NCBI GenBank assembly: GCA_033856675.1
Contig: JAWVEN010000004.1
Location: forward strand, 93,532 to 157,531
Source: Gaiellales bacterium
GTDB taxonomy: Bacteria; Actinomycetota; Thermoleophilia; Gaiellales; JAICJC01
Reading direction: 5' to 3'
Length of the DNA: 64,000 nucleotides
Shown: piece after piece, positions 35,163-44,498 of the stretch
Numbering within the stretch: the stretch's first letter is position 1
Layout: every line of letters begins with the position of its first letter
Translations under genes and position numbers: made by a program
Notes under the pieces: generated by a model
The model's input: only the letters and a program-made list of their open reading frames with translations
What the model was told of the DNA's origin: nothing
Database searches by the model: none

Positions 35163-36587
35163 GTGAAGCCTGAACTGACCTTCCGCCGCTCGCTGCGGCT
35201 CATCTTCCAGCGATGGTGGTTCGTGCTTCTTTGTGGAGTGGGGGTCGCGGCGCTCGCGTTCGGCATCGTGGGGACGCAGAAGGACAAGTACGACGCGACG
35301 ACGGTGCTGACGATCAATGACCTGAAGCTCTCGACGAACAACTCGGGCCTCACCGTGCTCGAGTCCGTCGAGCGCCGAACCGCGACGGACTGGATCCAGC
35401 AGGACATCCTCTCGGCTCCCATTGCGCAGGCCGCGTCGAAGGAGCTCGGCGGGAATCCGTCTGCCGCGGCGCTCCTCGACGACCTGACGATGACGTCGTT
35501 TTCGGGTGCACGGGTGCAGCTGCGCTACAAAGGCGCGTCGGATGAGAAGCGCGCCGGCGAGATTCTGGGCGCCTATGCAACAGCGTTGATCGACGACAGG
35601 GTCACCAATCTCACCAATGAGATCAGGGACGCCCTGACCCGGGAAACTCCGCCCGCCGGAACGACGCCCGGGGCGGCTCTCGCCGGCTCGATCTCGGCGT
35701 TGACGAACGCCCTGGACACCGTGCCGGGCAACTTCTCCTACAACCCGAAGCCGCCGGCGACGGCGAAGGAGAAGTCGAACCTCCCGCCAGGGCCGTTGGC
35801 CGCAGCGGGCGGTTTGCTCGCGGGCCTCGCAGGCGGGGCGCTCCTGGCGCTCATGTTCGGCCGGATGGACCGCTTCGTCCGCAGGCCGGACGACATCGAG
35901 ATCACCGGTGTGCCGCTGGTCGACGTCGATGCCGAGCTCGATCCGGCGTCGGTGCAGCTGCTTCGCTCCGAGCTCGAGCTCGGCGGGGTCGGCACCAGGC
36001 TGGCTGTGATCGCTGTGACAAGGCCGACGCGGTCGGAGGGCAAGAGCGTGCTCTCGCTCGAGCTCGCCCGTGCATTCTCGGGCGTCGGCACGCCCACGCT
36101 GCTCGTCAGCGCCGATCTTCGCGGCCGCGGGGCGCGGAGCGAGCCAGGCCTCTCACGGCTGCTCGACGGCAGCGAGAAGTCGCTGCGGCCGATCCGGCTC
36201 GAGGAGAATCTCGCCTGGCTGCCGGAGGGCGACAGCACCGCGCCTCCCGAGACGCTGTTCTCGGCGCCCAGAGTGGAGCGGATTATGCGCGAGGCGCGCG
36301 AGATCGCTGCTGTGATCGTCGTCGACTGCCCGGCGGTGCTCGAGGACCCCGAGGCGCTTCCGTTGATCGCCTGCTCCGACATTGTGCTTCTGACGGTTCA
36401 CCAGGGCCGCACCCGGTGGAATCCGCTCGGCTCCGCAGTCGCGCTGATCCAGCGTGTCGCGAAGCGCCCGTTGCACGTCTGCTTCGACCGTTCCGACCGG
36501 GGCTCCTCGGTTCCCACGACGGCCGCGGCGCCGGCCGAGTTCAGCCAGCGCGTGCCGTCCACGGTCGAGGTTCCGCTGCGGTCATGA
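35163..36587 (+). CDS. Wzz chain-length-determinant domain fused to a BY-kinase-like P-loop domain (atypical)
   Basis: GTG 11 nt after GAGGAG. Two TM helices flank a periplasmic-type domain. The C-terminal domain has Walker A' (LLVSADLRG) and Walker B (VIVVDCP), but a degenerate Walker A (TRPTRSEGKSV) and no Tyr-rich tail. Confidence 0.65.
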   Translation: MKPELTFRRSLRLIFQRWWFVLLCGVGVAALAFGIVGTQKDKYDATTVLTINDLKLSTNNSGLTVLESVERRTATDWIQQDILSAPIAQAASKELGGNPSAAALLDDLTMTSFSGARVQLRYKGASDEKRAGEILGAYATALIDDRVTNLTNEIRDALTRETPPAGTTPGAALAGSISALTNALDTVPGNFSYNPKPPATAKEKSNLPPGPLAAAGGLLAGLAGGALLALMFGRMDRFVRRPDDIEITGVPLVDVDAELDPASVQLLRSELELGGVGTRLAVIAVTRPTRSEGKSVLSLELARAFSGVGTPTLLVSADLRGRGARSEPGLSRLLDGSEKSLRPIRLEENLAWLPEGDSTAPPETLFSAPRVERIMREAREIAAVIVVDCPAVLEDPEALPLIACSDIVLLTVHQGRTRWNPLGSAVALIQRVAKRPLHVCFDRSDRGSSVPTTAAAPAEFSQRVPSTVEVPLRS

Positions 36588-38215
36588 CGCGTTTGCTCGT
36601 GGTGGGGCTCGATGGCGGCACGGAGTCGGTCATCGGGCTCCCGGACGCCAACCTTCCGAACATCGCCGAGCTTCGCCGCAGCGGCGCCGCGGCGGAGCTC
36701 GAATCGACGGTGCCGCCGATAACCGCCGCAGCGTGGCCATCGATGATGACGGGCTGGAACCCCGGCCGCCACGGCATGTACGACTTCCGAACGCTCGGGA
36801 TTGAGAAGTATTCGCGCCTCTGGGGAGCGGGCCATTCGGCCGCCTTCGAGGACGGTCGCGAGTTCGTCAACTCCCGGCGCTGGGCGGGCAACGCCTTCTT
36901 CGACGATCCGCAGGCGGGTCGAGTCGCCGTGCTGTCCGTCCCCATGACATATCCGGTGTGGCCCGTGGAAGGGCGGATGGTCGCGGGCTTCCCGCTGCCC
37001 GATTACGCGCGCAATCACAGCCATCCCGCCGAACTGGGCGACGACCTGCCGCCCCTGCTCGAGTTTGCCGGCCAGATCGCCGGCCTCTCCGACGAGGAGG
37101 TGGCCGAGCGCTGCACACGCCTTGTCGAGCAGCAGCGGGAGATCGTGCTCCGCTGGCTCGAAGAGGACGAGCACGACGTCGTGGTCGTCGTCTTCCAGAG
37201 CACCGACTTCGCGCAGCACCGCCTGTGGAAGTACCTCGAGGACACCGGCCACCCGCTGCGGGAGCGGCTGCTCGACATGTACCGGCAGATCGATGGGCTC
37301 GTCGGCGAGGCGAGAACCATTATGGGCGAAGACGGTGTCGTAGCCGTGGTCTCAGACCACGGGTTCGGCCCGCACCCGAGGACGTTTGCGCGCACGGATG
37401 CCGTGCTGGCCGGCGCGGGACTGCTGGCCGCCACCGGCGGGCCGTCCACCGGGCAGCGCATGAGCGGTGCGCTGCGCCGGTTCCCGGCCGTTCGGCGAGT
37501 CCTTCGCCGGATCATCGGCGGTCTGCCGGGCAGGGCGCGCGACCGCATCGCCGCAGTGGCCTCAGGCGCGAGCCAGGTCGACTGGTCGCGCACGCAGGCC
37601 TACCGGATCCCGCTGTACGCGCCTGCCGAGGGCATCGCGGTCAATCTCCGCGGGCGACAGGAGCTCGGGTGCGTCGAGCCTGGCGAGGAGTACGAGCAGG
37701 TGCGCGACCGCATCATCGACGCTCTCACCGCCCTGCGAAATCCGGACGGGCAGTCCGTGTGCATGTGGGCGAAACGGCGCGAGGAGCTCTACAGCGGTGA
37801 CTACCTCGCTGAGGCGCCCGACGTCGTCGCGCTCTTCGACTCGGCGTACAAGGGCCAGGGCGGGCTCGGGCAGATCTTCGAGCCGGTGCCCGATTCGATC
37901 CTCCAGGAGTACTCCGGCGTGCACGCGATGGAAGGCATCTTCGCGGTCGCCGGGCGCGGAGTTCGCGAGGGGGTCGACCTCGGGCGGCGTGGCATCCTCG
38001 ACGTGGCTCCGACACTTCGCGCCCTGCTCGGCATCGCGGTGCCGTCCGACGCCGACGGCGCGGTGATGCGCGACGCGCTGGCCGACGCCGTCGCCGTGCG
38101 TGAGGGCGAGGCGTCAACACCTGCCGCCGGCGCACAGCAGGAGCAGCCGGCGCTGACCGCCGAGGAGGAGGCGACCCTCGAGGAGTCGCTTCGCTCGCTC
38201 GGGTACCTGGAGTAG
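36584..38215 (+). CDS. Alkaline-phosphatase-superfamily protein, type I phosphodiesterase/nucleotide pyrophosphatase-like
   Basis: ATGA overlap start. LVVGLDGG...TVPPITAAAWPSMMTGWNPGRHGMYDF carries the NPP-type Thr nucleophile context. DHGF metal site (VVSDHGFG). Confidence 0.7.
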   Translation: MTRLLVVGLDGGTESVIGLPDANLPNIAELRRSGAAAELESTVPPITAAAWPSMMTGWNPGRHGMYDFRTLGIEKYSRLWGAGHSAAFEDGREFVNSRRWAGNAFFDDPQAGRVAVLSVPMTYPVWPVEGRMVAGFPLPDYARNHSHPAELGDDLPPLLEFAGQIAGLSDEEVAERCTRLVEQQREIVLRWLEEDEHDVVVVVFQSTDFAQHRLWKYLEDTGHPLRERLLDMYRQIDGLVGEARTIMGEDGVVAVVSDHGFGPHPRTFARTDAVLAGAGLLAATGGPSTGQRMSGALRRFPAVRRVLRRIIGGLPGRARDRIAAVASGASQVDWSRTQAYRIPLYAPAEGIAVNLRGRQELGCVEPGEEYEQVRDRIIDALTALRNPDGQSVCMWAKRREELYSGDYLAEAPDVVALFDSAYKGQGGLGQIFEPVPDSILQEYSGVHAMEGIFAVAGRGVREGVDLGRRGILDVAPTLRALLGIAVPSDADGAVMRDALADAVAVREGEASTPAAGAQQEQPALTAEEEATLEESLRSLGYLE

Positions 38216-38217
38216 CG

Positions 38218-39594
38218 ATGAGCGTTCATGTCGCACGGGCCGACCTGCGAGCACTGCGTCCGGTCCGCCTGGGGACCGTGCCCGGCGGTGACCTGACCTG
38301 GCTCGCCGCCATCGTGGTTGCCATCACGGCCATGACGTTCGGGGTGGTACAGCGGGATGCTCCCTTGTTCTTCGCGGCCGCGGCCGGCGCGACGTTCGGG
38401 ATCGTGTTCGCGATTCGCCCGATGCTCGGTGTGGCGCTGATCGTGATCGCGCGGCCGAGTCTCGACCTCTGGGCCGACCGCCATCTGACGAGCGTCAGCA
38501 GCGTCGATCTCAACCCCGCGTCGCTGATGGCGCTGATGTTCATCCCGGTGGGCGGCGCGTACGTGATCGAGCGATGGTCGGAGGCACGAGGAGCGCCGTC
38601 GACGCGGCCCTACATCCTCTTCGTCCTGATCGCGCTGGCCGGTGTGGCAGTAGCGCCATCGGCAGGGGGTGCGGCGACAGAGGTGATGCGCCTTGTCTCT
38701 GTGATGGTGCTGTACCTGACGGCGTACACGGTGATCCGCGACCGCCGCGGCGTGGCGCGGATGGTGGCGGCCGTGATCCTCTCGGCCGCGTTGCCGACCG
38801 CGGTCGCGTTGTGGCAGTTCGCCCACGGCGGGTCGACGGTGATCGGCGAGATCGGCCGGGCCACCGGGACGTTTCTGCATCCCGATCCGTTCGGCATCTT
38901 CCTCGGCTTCATGGCCGCCTTCCTGGTGCCGCTGTTGTTGTGCCGCGAGCTCCAGGCCCGATGGGTCGTGATCGTTGCCTCACCGCTGGTGCTGGTCGCG
39001 CTGGTCGGCTCCTACACGCGGAACGGCTGGCTCGGCTTCGTGGTCGGCCTGGCGGTGGTCGCGGCGGTGCGCTACCGCTCGCTGCTCCTCGCCGGGCCGC
39101 TGCTCCTGATCGTGATCGCCATGGCGTTCCCGAGCACGGTTCACCGATTCAGCGACCTCGGCGCAGAGCGCACCCAGTACGGCCCCGGCAACTCGCTCCG
39201 CGCACGCTTCGACCTGTGGCGCGACAACCTGCCGAAAGTGCAGCACAATCCGGTGCTCGGCAAGGGATTCAAGTCGATCATCGAGGAAGGGCCCAAGCGG
39301 GCGAATGTGCACAGTGACATCGTCAGGGCGGTCGTCGAGACCGGGATCCCAGGCCTCGCGGCGTTCCTGTGGCTGCTGGTCAGCATGTGGGTTGCCTGCC
39401 GGCGCTCGTTCCGGCGGGCTGTCCGCTCCCGCGACCCGGTGGTCGCGGCCGTTGCGCTTGGCGGGCTCGCCGCCGCATCGGGGTACATCGTCATGACGCT
39501 CGACTCGAATCTGATGACCCAGGTCGCGGTTGCCGGGACCTTCTGGACACTGGCCGCCATCGTCCACGCCGCGGGCCGCATCGACCTTGCCTGA
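38218..39594 (+). CDS. O-antigen ligase/polymerase family membrane protein (Wzy-like)
   Basis: About 11 TM segments. Wzy_C signature (VHSDIVRAVVETGIPGLAAFLWLL). Confidence 0.75.
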   Translation: MSVHVARADLRALRPVRLGTVPGGDLTWLAAIVVAITAMTFGVVQRDAPLFFAAAAGATFGIVFAIRPMLGVALIVIARPSLDLWADRHLTSVSSVDLNPASLMALMFIPVGGAYVIERWSEARGAPSTRPYILFVLIALAGVAVAPSAGGAATEVMRLVSVMVLYLTAYTVIRDRRGVARMVAAVILSAALPTAVALWQFAHGGSTVIGEIGRATGTFLHPDPFGIFLGFMAAFLVPLLLCRELQARWVVIVASPLVLVALVGSYTRNGWLGFVVGLAVVAAVRYRSLLLAGPLLLIVIAMAFPSTVHRFSDLGAERTQYGPGNSLRARFDLWRDNLPKVQHNPVLGKGFKSIIEEGPKRANVHSDIVRAVVETGIPGLAAFLWLLVSMWVACRRSFRRAVRSRDPVVAAVALGGLAAASGYIVMTLDSNLMTQVAVAGTFWTLAAIVHAAGRIDLA

Positions 39595-39601
39595 AGCCGT
39601 G

Positions 39602-40846
39602 ATGACAGGCGCGCCCGAACGCATCCTCATGATCAACAAGTTCCACTACGCCCGAGGCGGAGCGGAGCTGTACATGCTGCGCCTCGCCGCGCTCCTCGAG
39701 CAGCATGGGTCGCACGTCGACTACTTCGCCATGCACCACCCGCGGAACCTGCCGTCCGAGACCGACAGGCATTTCGTCTCGGAGGTCGACTTCGAGGATC
39801 CGCCCAAGGGGTTTCGGCGTCTCGGCATGGCCGGCCGAACCGTCTACTCGCTGGAGGCGCGGCGCAAGATGCGCGACCTGCTCGCCGAGCGGCCCGCCGA
39901 CCTGGCGCACCTCCACAACATCTACCATCAGCTGTCGCCGTCCATCCTGTCGTCGCTGCGCAAGCGCAACGTCCCGGTCGTGATGACCGTGCACGACTTC
40001 AAGCTGGTGTGCCCGGTCTACACCCTCCAATCCCACGGCGAGATCTGCGAGCGGTGCGTCGGCAACGGGTTCTCGCCCGCCGTTAAGCACCGGTGCAACC
40101 GTGGCTCGCTGGTGGGGAGCCTGCTGGTCGCCGGTGAGACCTGGACGCACAAGAAGTTCGGCCTCTACCGGAACGGCATCGACATCTTCATCACGCCGAG
40201 CGTCTTCGCACGCGATCGCCTGGTCAAGGGCGGCTACCCCGCGGAGCGGATCCGGGTCATTCCCAACTGCGTGACGGCTGCGGTGTACGAGCCGCAGTAC
40301 GAGCCAGGGGAGAAGATCCTGTATCTCGGACGGCTATCCCGTGAGAAGGGTCTCGACGTGCTCGTGCGCGCGTCGGCATTGTCGGGAGTGCCGGCACAGA
40401 TCGCCGGCGAGGGGCCGCAGCGCGCGGAGCTGGAGCGGCTGATCGCCGAGACGGGCGCCCCGGTCGAGCTGCTCGGATTCCGGCAGGGCAACGAGCTCGC
40501 CGAAACCGTGCGGGCGGCCCGGGCGGTCGTGATGCCGTCACGTTGCCACGACAACGCCCCGCTGGCCGTGATCGAGGCGATGGCGTGGGGCAAGCCTGTC
40601 GCCGGCAGCCGCGTTGGCGGCATCCCTGAGATCGTGCGCGACGGCGTCGACGGGCTGCTCGTCCCCTACGACGACCCGGTGGCGCTCGGCGAGGCGATGA
40701 CGCGCCTTTCGGGCGATGACGACCTCGTGGCGAACATGGGCCGGTCGGCACGGGCGCGGGTCGAGGAGCGCTTCGACGCTCCTGCCCACTACGCGGCGGT
40801 GGTCGAGGCCTACGGCCTGGCACGGGAGCTCCGGAGAGCTGCATGA
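39602..40846 (+). CDS. Glycosyltransferase family 4
   Basis: GT-B fold with E-x7-E region (NAPLAVIEAMAWGKPVAGSRVGGIPEIV). Start is the internal ATG at 39602 (MTGAPERILMINKF...). Confidence 0.85.
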   Translation: MTGAPERILMINKFHYARGGAELYMLRLAALLEQHGSHVDYFAMHHPRNLPSETDRHFVSEVDFEDPPKGFRRLGMAGRTVYSLEARRKMRDLLAERPADLAHLHNIYHQLSPSILSSLRKRNVPVVMTVHDFKLVCPVYTLQSHGEICERCVGNGFSPAVKHRCNRGSLVGSLLVAGETWTHKKFGLYRNGIDIFITPSVFARDRLVKGGYPAERIRVIPNCVTAAVYEPQYEPGEKILYLGRLSREKGLDVLVRASALSGVPAQIAGEGPQRAELERLIAETGAPVELLGFRQGNELAETVRAARAVVMPSRCHDNAPLAVIEAMAWGKPVAGSRVGGIPEIVRDGVDGLLVPYDDPVALGEAMTRLSGDDDLVANMGRSARARVEERFDAPAHYAAVVEAYGLARELRRAA

Positions 40847-41949
40847 GGATTGCGATGGTGGGACAGAAGACCAACGTCACTCGCTTCGGCGGCATCGAGC
40901 GGCATGTCGGCCTGCTCGCAGACCGGCTGGCCGAGCGTGGGCACAAGGTGACGGTCTTCACGCGCGGCCATTACGGGCAGCCGATGGCTCCTGCCGACGG
41001 CGTCACGCTGACGCGGCGCCCGTCCATCCCGGCCAAACACCTCGAGGCGATCACGCATTCGTCCATCTGCTCGCTCGAGTCCGGGCTGCGGGGCTACGAC
41101 GTCATCCACTTCCACGGCGTCGGTCCCTGCCTGGCGATTCCCTTTGCCAAGCTCGGGCGGCGCTCCGCGGTCTGCGCCACCGTTCACGACCAGGACTACA
41201 ACAAGGACAAGTGGTCGCCCTTCGCGCGCCGCATGTTGCGGGCCGGTGAGCGAACCGCCTGCCGCTATGCGGATGGCGTCATCTCGGTCGCGCACTACCT
41301 GGAGCGGCATCTGAAGGACACCTATGGCCGCGACGCCGCCTACGTGCCCAACGGGAACGACCCGCTCACCGTGCGCCCTGCCGGTGAGACGCTCGAGCGG
41401 TTCGGGCTCGAGCCCGGGCGCTACCTGCTCTTCCTGGCGCGGCTCGTCCCCGAGAAGGGGTGCGACGTCCTGATCGAAGCCGTGCGTGCGAGCTCCACGG
41501 AGCACCGGCTGGCGATCGTCGGCGGCGCCAGCCATTCCGACGACCACGTGGCCTATCTGCGACGCCTTGCGGGCGCCGACCCGCGGATCGTGTTCCTCGA
41601 CTTCCAGAGCGGGGATGCGCTCGACGAGCTGCGCTCCAACGCCGCCGCCTACGTGATGCCCTCGCGGCAGGAGGGGCTCCCGCTCTCGCTGCTCGAGATG
41701 CTCTGGTACGGCATGCCGGTGATCGCGAGCGACATCCCGGCGGTGCACGAGACCGACGGGGCCGTCGAGGACGGGCGCATCACGCTCGTTCCGCCAGGCG
41801 ACGGGGAAGGCCTGCGCCAGGCGATCGAGCGGCTGCCCTGGCCCGCCCCACCGACGACGACCGGCCGCCTCAGTTGGCCGACGTGGGCCGATGTCGCCGA
41901 AGAGGTCGAGGGCGTGTACGAAGCGATTACCCGCCGTAAAACACGCTGA
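40843..41949 (+). CDS. Glycosyltransferase family 4
   Basis: ATGA overlap start. The N-terminus MRIAMVGQK...GGIERHV and EGLPLSLLEMLWYGMPVIASDIP are typical GT4 features. Confidence 0.85.
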   Translation: MRIAMVGQKTNVTRFGGIERHVGLLADRLAERGHKVTVFTRGHYGQPMAPADGVTLTRRPSIPAKHLEAITHSSICSLESGLRGYDVIHFHGVGPCLAIPFAKLGRRSAVCATVHDQDYNKDKWSPFARRMLRAGERTACRYADGVISVAHYLERHLKDTYGRDAAYVPNGNDPLTVRPAGETLERFGLEPGRYLLFLARLVPEKGCDVLIEAVRASSTEHRLAIVGGASHSDDHVAYLRRLAGADPRIVFLDFQSGDALDELRSNAAAYVMPSRQEGLPLSLLEMLWYGMPVIASDIPAVHETDGAVEDGRITLVPPGDGEGLRQAIERLPWPAPPTTTGRLSWPTWADVAEEVEGVYEAITRRKTR

Positions 41950-41999
41950 CAAATCGGCAAATTGACCATAGCGCGAACGCAGGTCGGCTCGTACACTCG

Positions 42000-44498
42000 A
42001 TGGATGCGCCGCGGGGGCGCCGCGCCCTGTCGCGATCGTTGCCACTTTTGAGAACGTTGGGAGAGCAGTTGATTCGCAATCGCCGTCTTCATCACCGGCT
42101 CGGATACTCGTTGCGCCGGCCGGCGGTGCTGCTCGCCGTGCTCGTGGCCTCTCTGATCGGCGTGCCCAGCGCGCTCACCGCGCCGGTGACGACCCAGTTC
42201 ACCGGGTCGGTGTCGTCCACGGGGGTCAAGTTCAAGAACCACCCGATCACGGTGACCGAGGCGGGCACGATCACGGCGACGCTCGACTGGGCAACGCCGA
42301 CCGCGAACCTTTCGCTGTTCCTGACCGACCCAGCCGGCGTCCAGGTGAAGTCCGTCGCCGGCGCGGCGAAGCCGAAGACGTTCACATTCGCGGCGACGGC
42401 GACCGGCGTCTACAAGGTCGGTGTCAAGGCTGTCACCGGGACATCGGCGTACACCCTGAACGTCACGTTCCCGGGTCAGGCGCAGACGGGCAGCGGGCTT
42501 GTGACGTTCCAGAAGGCGATCGGCTTCAGCGGCAGCGCGGGCCTCTACGCGTATGGCATGGACTGGGATCCCACCGACAACACGATTTTGGTCGGCGACT
42601 ACTGGAACTACCGCGTCTGGCGCTACACGACCGCCGGCGTCAAAGTTGGAGTGGTGTCCCAACATGCCCTCGGCGGCATGCGCGGTGGCATCAGCGCGCC
42701 ATATGACGTCGAAGCCGACCCGACCGATCTCGACGCGGGCGCAAAGGCGTCGCTGTGGGTTGCCGACCAGGGCAGCTCGCGCATCGTGCAGTTCAGCCAC
42801 AACGGCGCGTGGCTGCAGACCATCGGCAAGTCGAACACGGGCGAGCCCACCGGCACCGACGCCGCGCATCCCGGCAAGAGCTACGCGATGGGCTGCGGAG
42901 CGGGTGCCATGCAGATTCCCACGCACATCGTGGTCGACACGGTTCGGCCCTCGCACCTGATCTACGTGTCCGATCCGCGTTGCCGCGCCGTGTACATCTT
43001 CGACCACCAGGGCGGGTTCCAGGGGCAGCTCGACTGGACCGGATCGGGCGTCGGACAACCCATCCCGCGCGGTCTTGCGCAGGACGCGGCCGGGAACATC
43101 ATCGTCACCGAGTTCAACAGCCGGCGGATCTTCTTCTTCGACCCGGTGACCCGCAAGATCAAGGGCTCGATCGCCGCGCAGAGCGATATGAACGACGTCC
43201 GCGGCCTCGACGTCGATCCGGTCCGGAACTTCGTCTATACGGTCGGGGCATTCTGGAACCGCGTCTACCAGTTCTCATACGACCCGGCCCAGGTGGCCGC
43301 CGGGACGGGTGCGGGGAGCGTCGTCGGCCGGTTCGTGAACGAGTGGCGCAACAACGACGGCACGAACTTCGCCAACAACCACCAGCCGTTCGACTCGATC
43401 CGCTTCCCCACCGTCGATGGGGCCGGGAACGTGTACGTCGGCGAGACGTGGGGCTGCGATGCCTCGTGCACCGGCACGCCGTACGGCTACGGGGTCGAGA
43501 AGTTCTCCCCCGGAGATGTCGCTGCCAACCCCAGCTGCACGGTGGCGAATGCCACGACAGCGCAAGCGTCGTGCGCAGGCGCGACCGCGATGCCATGGGC
43601 CACCGGCCCTCAGCCTCCGCCGCCTGGTGGCTTCAACCAGCAGAACGGCATCGCGATCAACCCGGCCGACAACTCGCTGTTCGTGATCGATACCTTCGAG
43701 CAGAGGGTGCAGAAGTTCGATACGTCACAGTCCTGTGACTCCGATCTGAACTGCCCAGGCTTCGTCCTCCAGTGGGGCTCGCGAGAGCCCGCGAACCCGA
43801 ACTCGAAGGGCCTCGGCTATCCCAGGGCGCTGACGTTCGGCGAAGGGATGGTCTGGGTCGGCGACAACAACAACGCCGTGCTGGCGTTCAACCCGGATGG
43901 AAGCTTCGTGCACCGTTATGGCGCGCAGGGCGGGGCGGCCGGCCAGTTCAAGGGCGGCGTCCAGGGTATCCATGTCGAGGGCAACCGGGTGTACGCGACC
44001 GATGTGGCCGGCTGCCGGTTGCAGATCTTCGACAAGACGGCGCTCCTGTCGGCAACCAGCGGCCTCACTCCGCTGGAGAACCTCGGAGCATGCGGCACCG
44101 GAGTCAACCAGATGTCCGCCCCGCGCGGCATCGCGGTCGACGAACCGAACAACGTCGTCTACGTCGCCGAAACCGGCACCAGCCGGATCTCGAGGTGGAA
44201 CCTCGCCACCGACACCGCCACCACGATCAAGCCGACCTGCGGCGGCAAGGCCCTTGCGCAGCCGTGGGGCCTGACGTGGGATCCCGCAAAGACGTGGATC
44301 TACATCGGTGACGTCAAGAACGCGCGAATCGTGCGATGGAACCCGTCGACCGGCGTCTGCCAGGTTGTGGCCACGAGCGCCGACATGCCGTCGCAGTTTC
44401 AGATGCTGGGCTCGAACTACGTCGAGTTCGCGGGCGCGAACACCATGTACGTCAGCGACAACGCGCGCCGCGTGTACGTGTTCACGGTGACGGGCTGA
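42000..44498 (+). CDS. Secreted PPC-like domain + NHL-repeat beta-propeller protein (paralog 1)
   Basis: Arg-rich signal sequence (RRPAVLLAVLVASLIGVPSALTA). An N-terminal beta-sandwich of about 110 aa resembles pre-peptidase C-terminal domains. Repeated NHL-type blades follow (VADQGSSRIVQF, VSDPRCRAVYIF, VIDTFEQRVQKF, ATDVAGCRLQIF). The exact start is uncertain. Confidence 0.7.
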   Translation: MDAPRGRRALSRSLPLLRTLGEQLIRNRRLHHRLGYSLRRPAVLLAVLVASLIGVPSALTAPVTTQFTGSVSSTGVKFKNHPITVTEAGTITATLDWATPTANLSLFLTDPAGVQVKSVAGAAKPKTFTFAATATGVYKVGVKAVTGTSAYTLNVTFPGQAQTGSGLVTFQKAIGFSGSAGLYAYGMDWDPTDNTILVGDYWNYRVWRYTTAGVKVGVVSQHALGGMRGGISAPYDVEADPTDLDAGAKASLWVADQGSSRIVQFSHNGAWLQTIGKSNTGEPTGTDAAHPGKSYAMGCGAGAMQIPTHIVVDTVRPSHLIYVSDPRCRAVYIFDHQGGFQGQLDWTGSGVGQPIPRGLAQDAAGNIIVTEFNSRRIFFFDPVTRKIKGSIAAQSDMNDVRGLDVDPVRNFVYTVGAFWNRVYQFSYDPAQVAAGTGAGSVVGRFVNEWRNNDGTNFANNHQPFDSIRFPTVDGAGNVYVGETWGCDASCTGTPYGYGVEKFSPGDVAANPSCTVANATTAQASCAGATAMPWATGPQPPPPGGFNQQNGIAINPADNSLFVIDTFEQRVQKFDTSQSCDSDLNCPGFVLQWGSREPANPNSKGLGYPRALTFGEGMVWVGDNNNAVLAFNPDGSFVHRYGAQGGAAGQFKGGVQGIHVEGNRVYATDVAGCRLQIFDKTALLSATSGLTPLENLGACGTGVNQMSAPRGIAVDEPNNVVYVAETGTSRISRWNLATDTATTIKPTCGGKALAQPWGLTWDPAKTWIYIGDVKNARIVRWNPSTGVCQVVATSADMPSQFQMLGSNYVEFAGANTMYVSDNARRVYVFTVTG

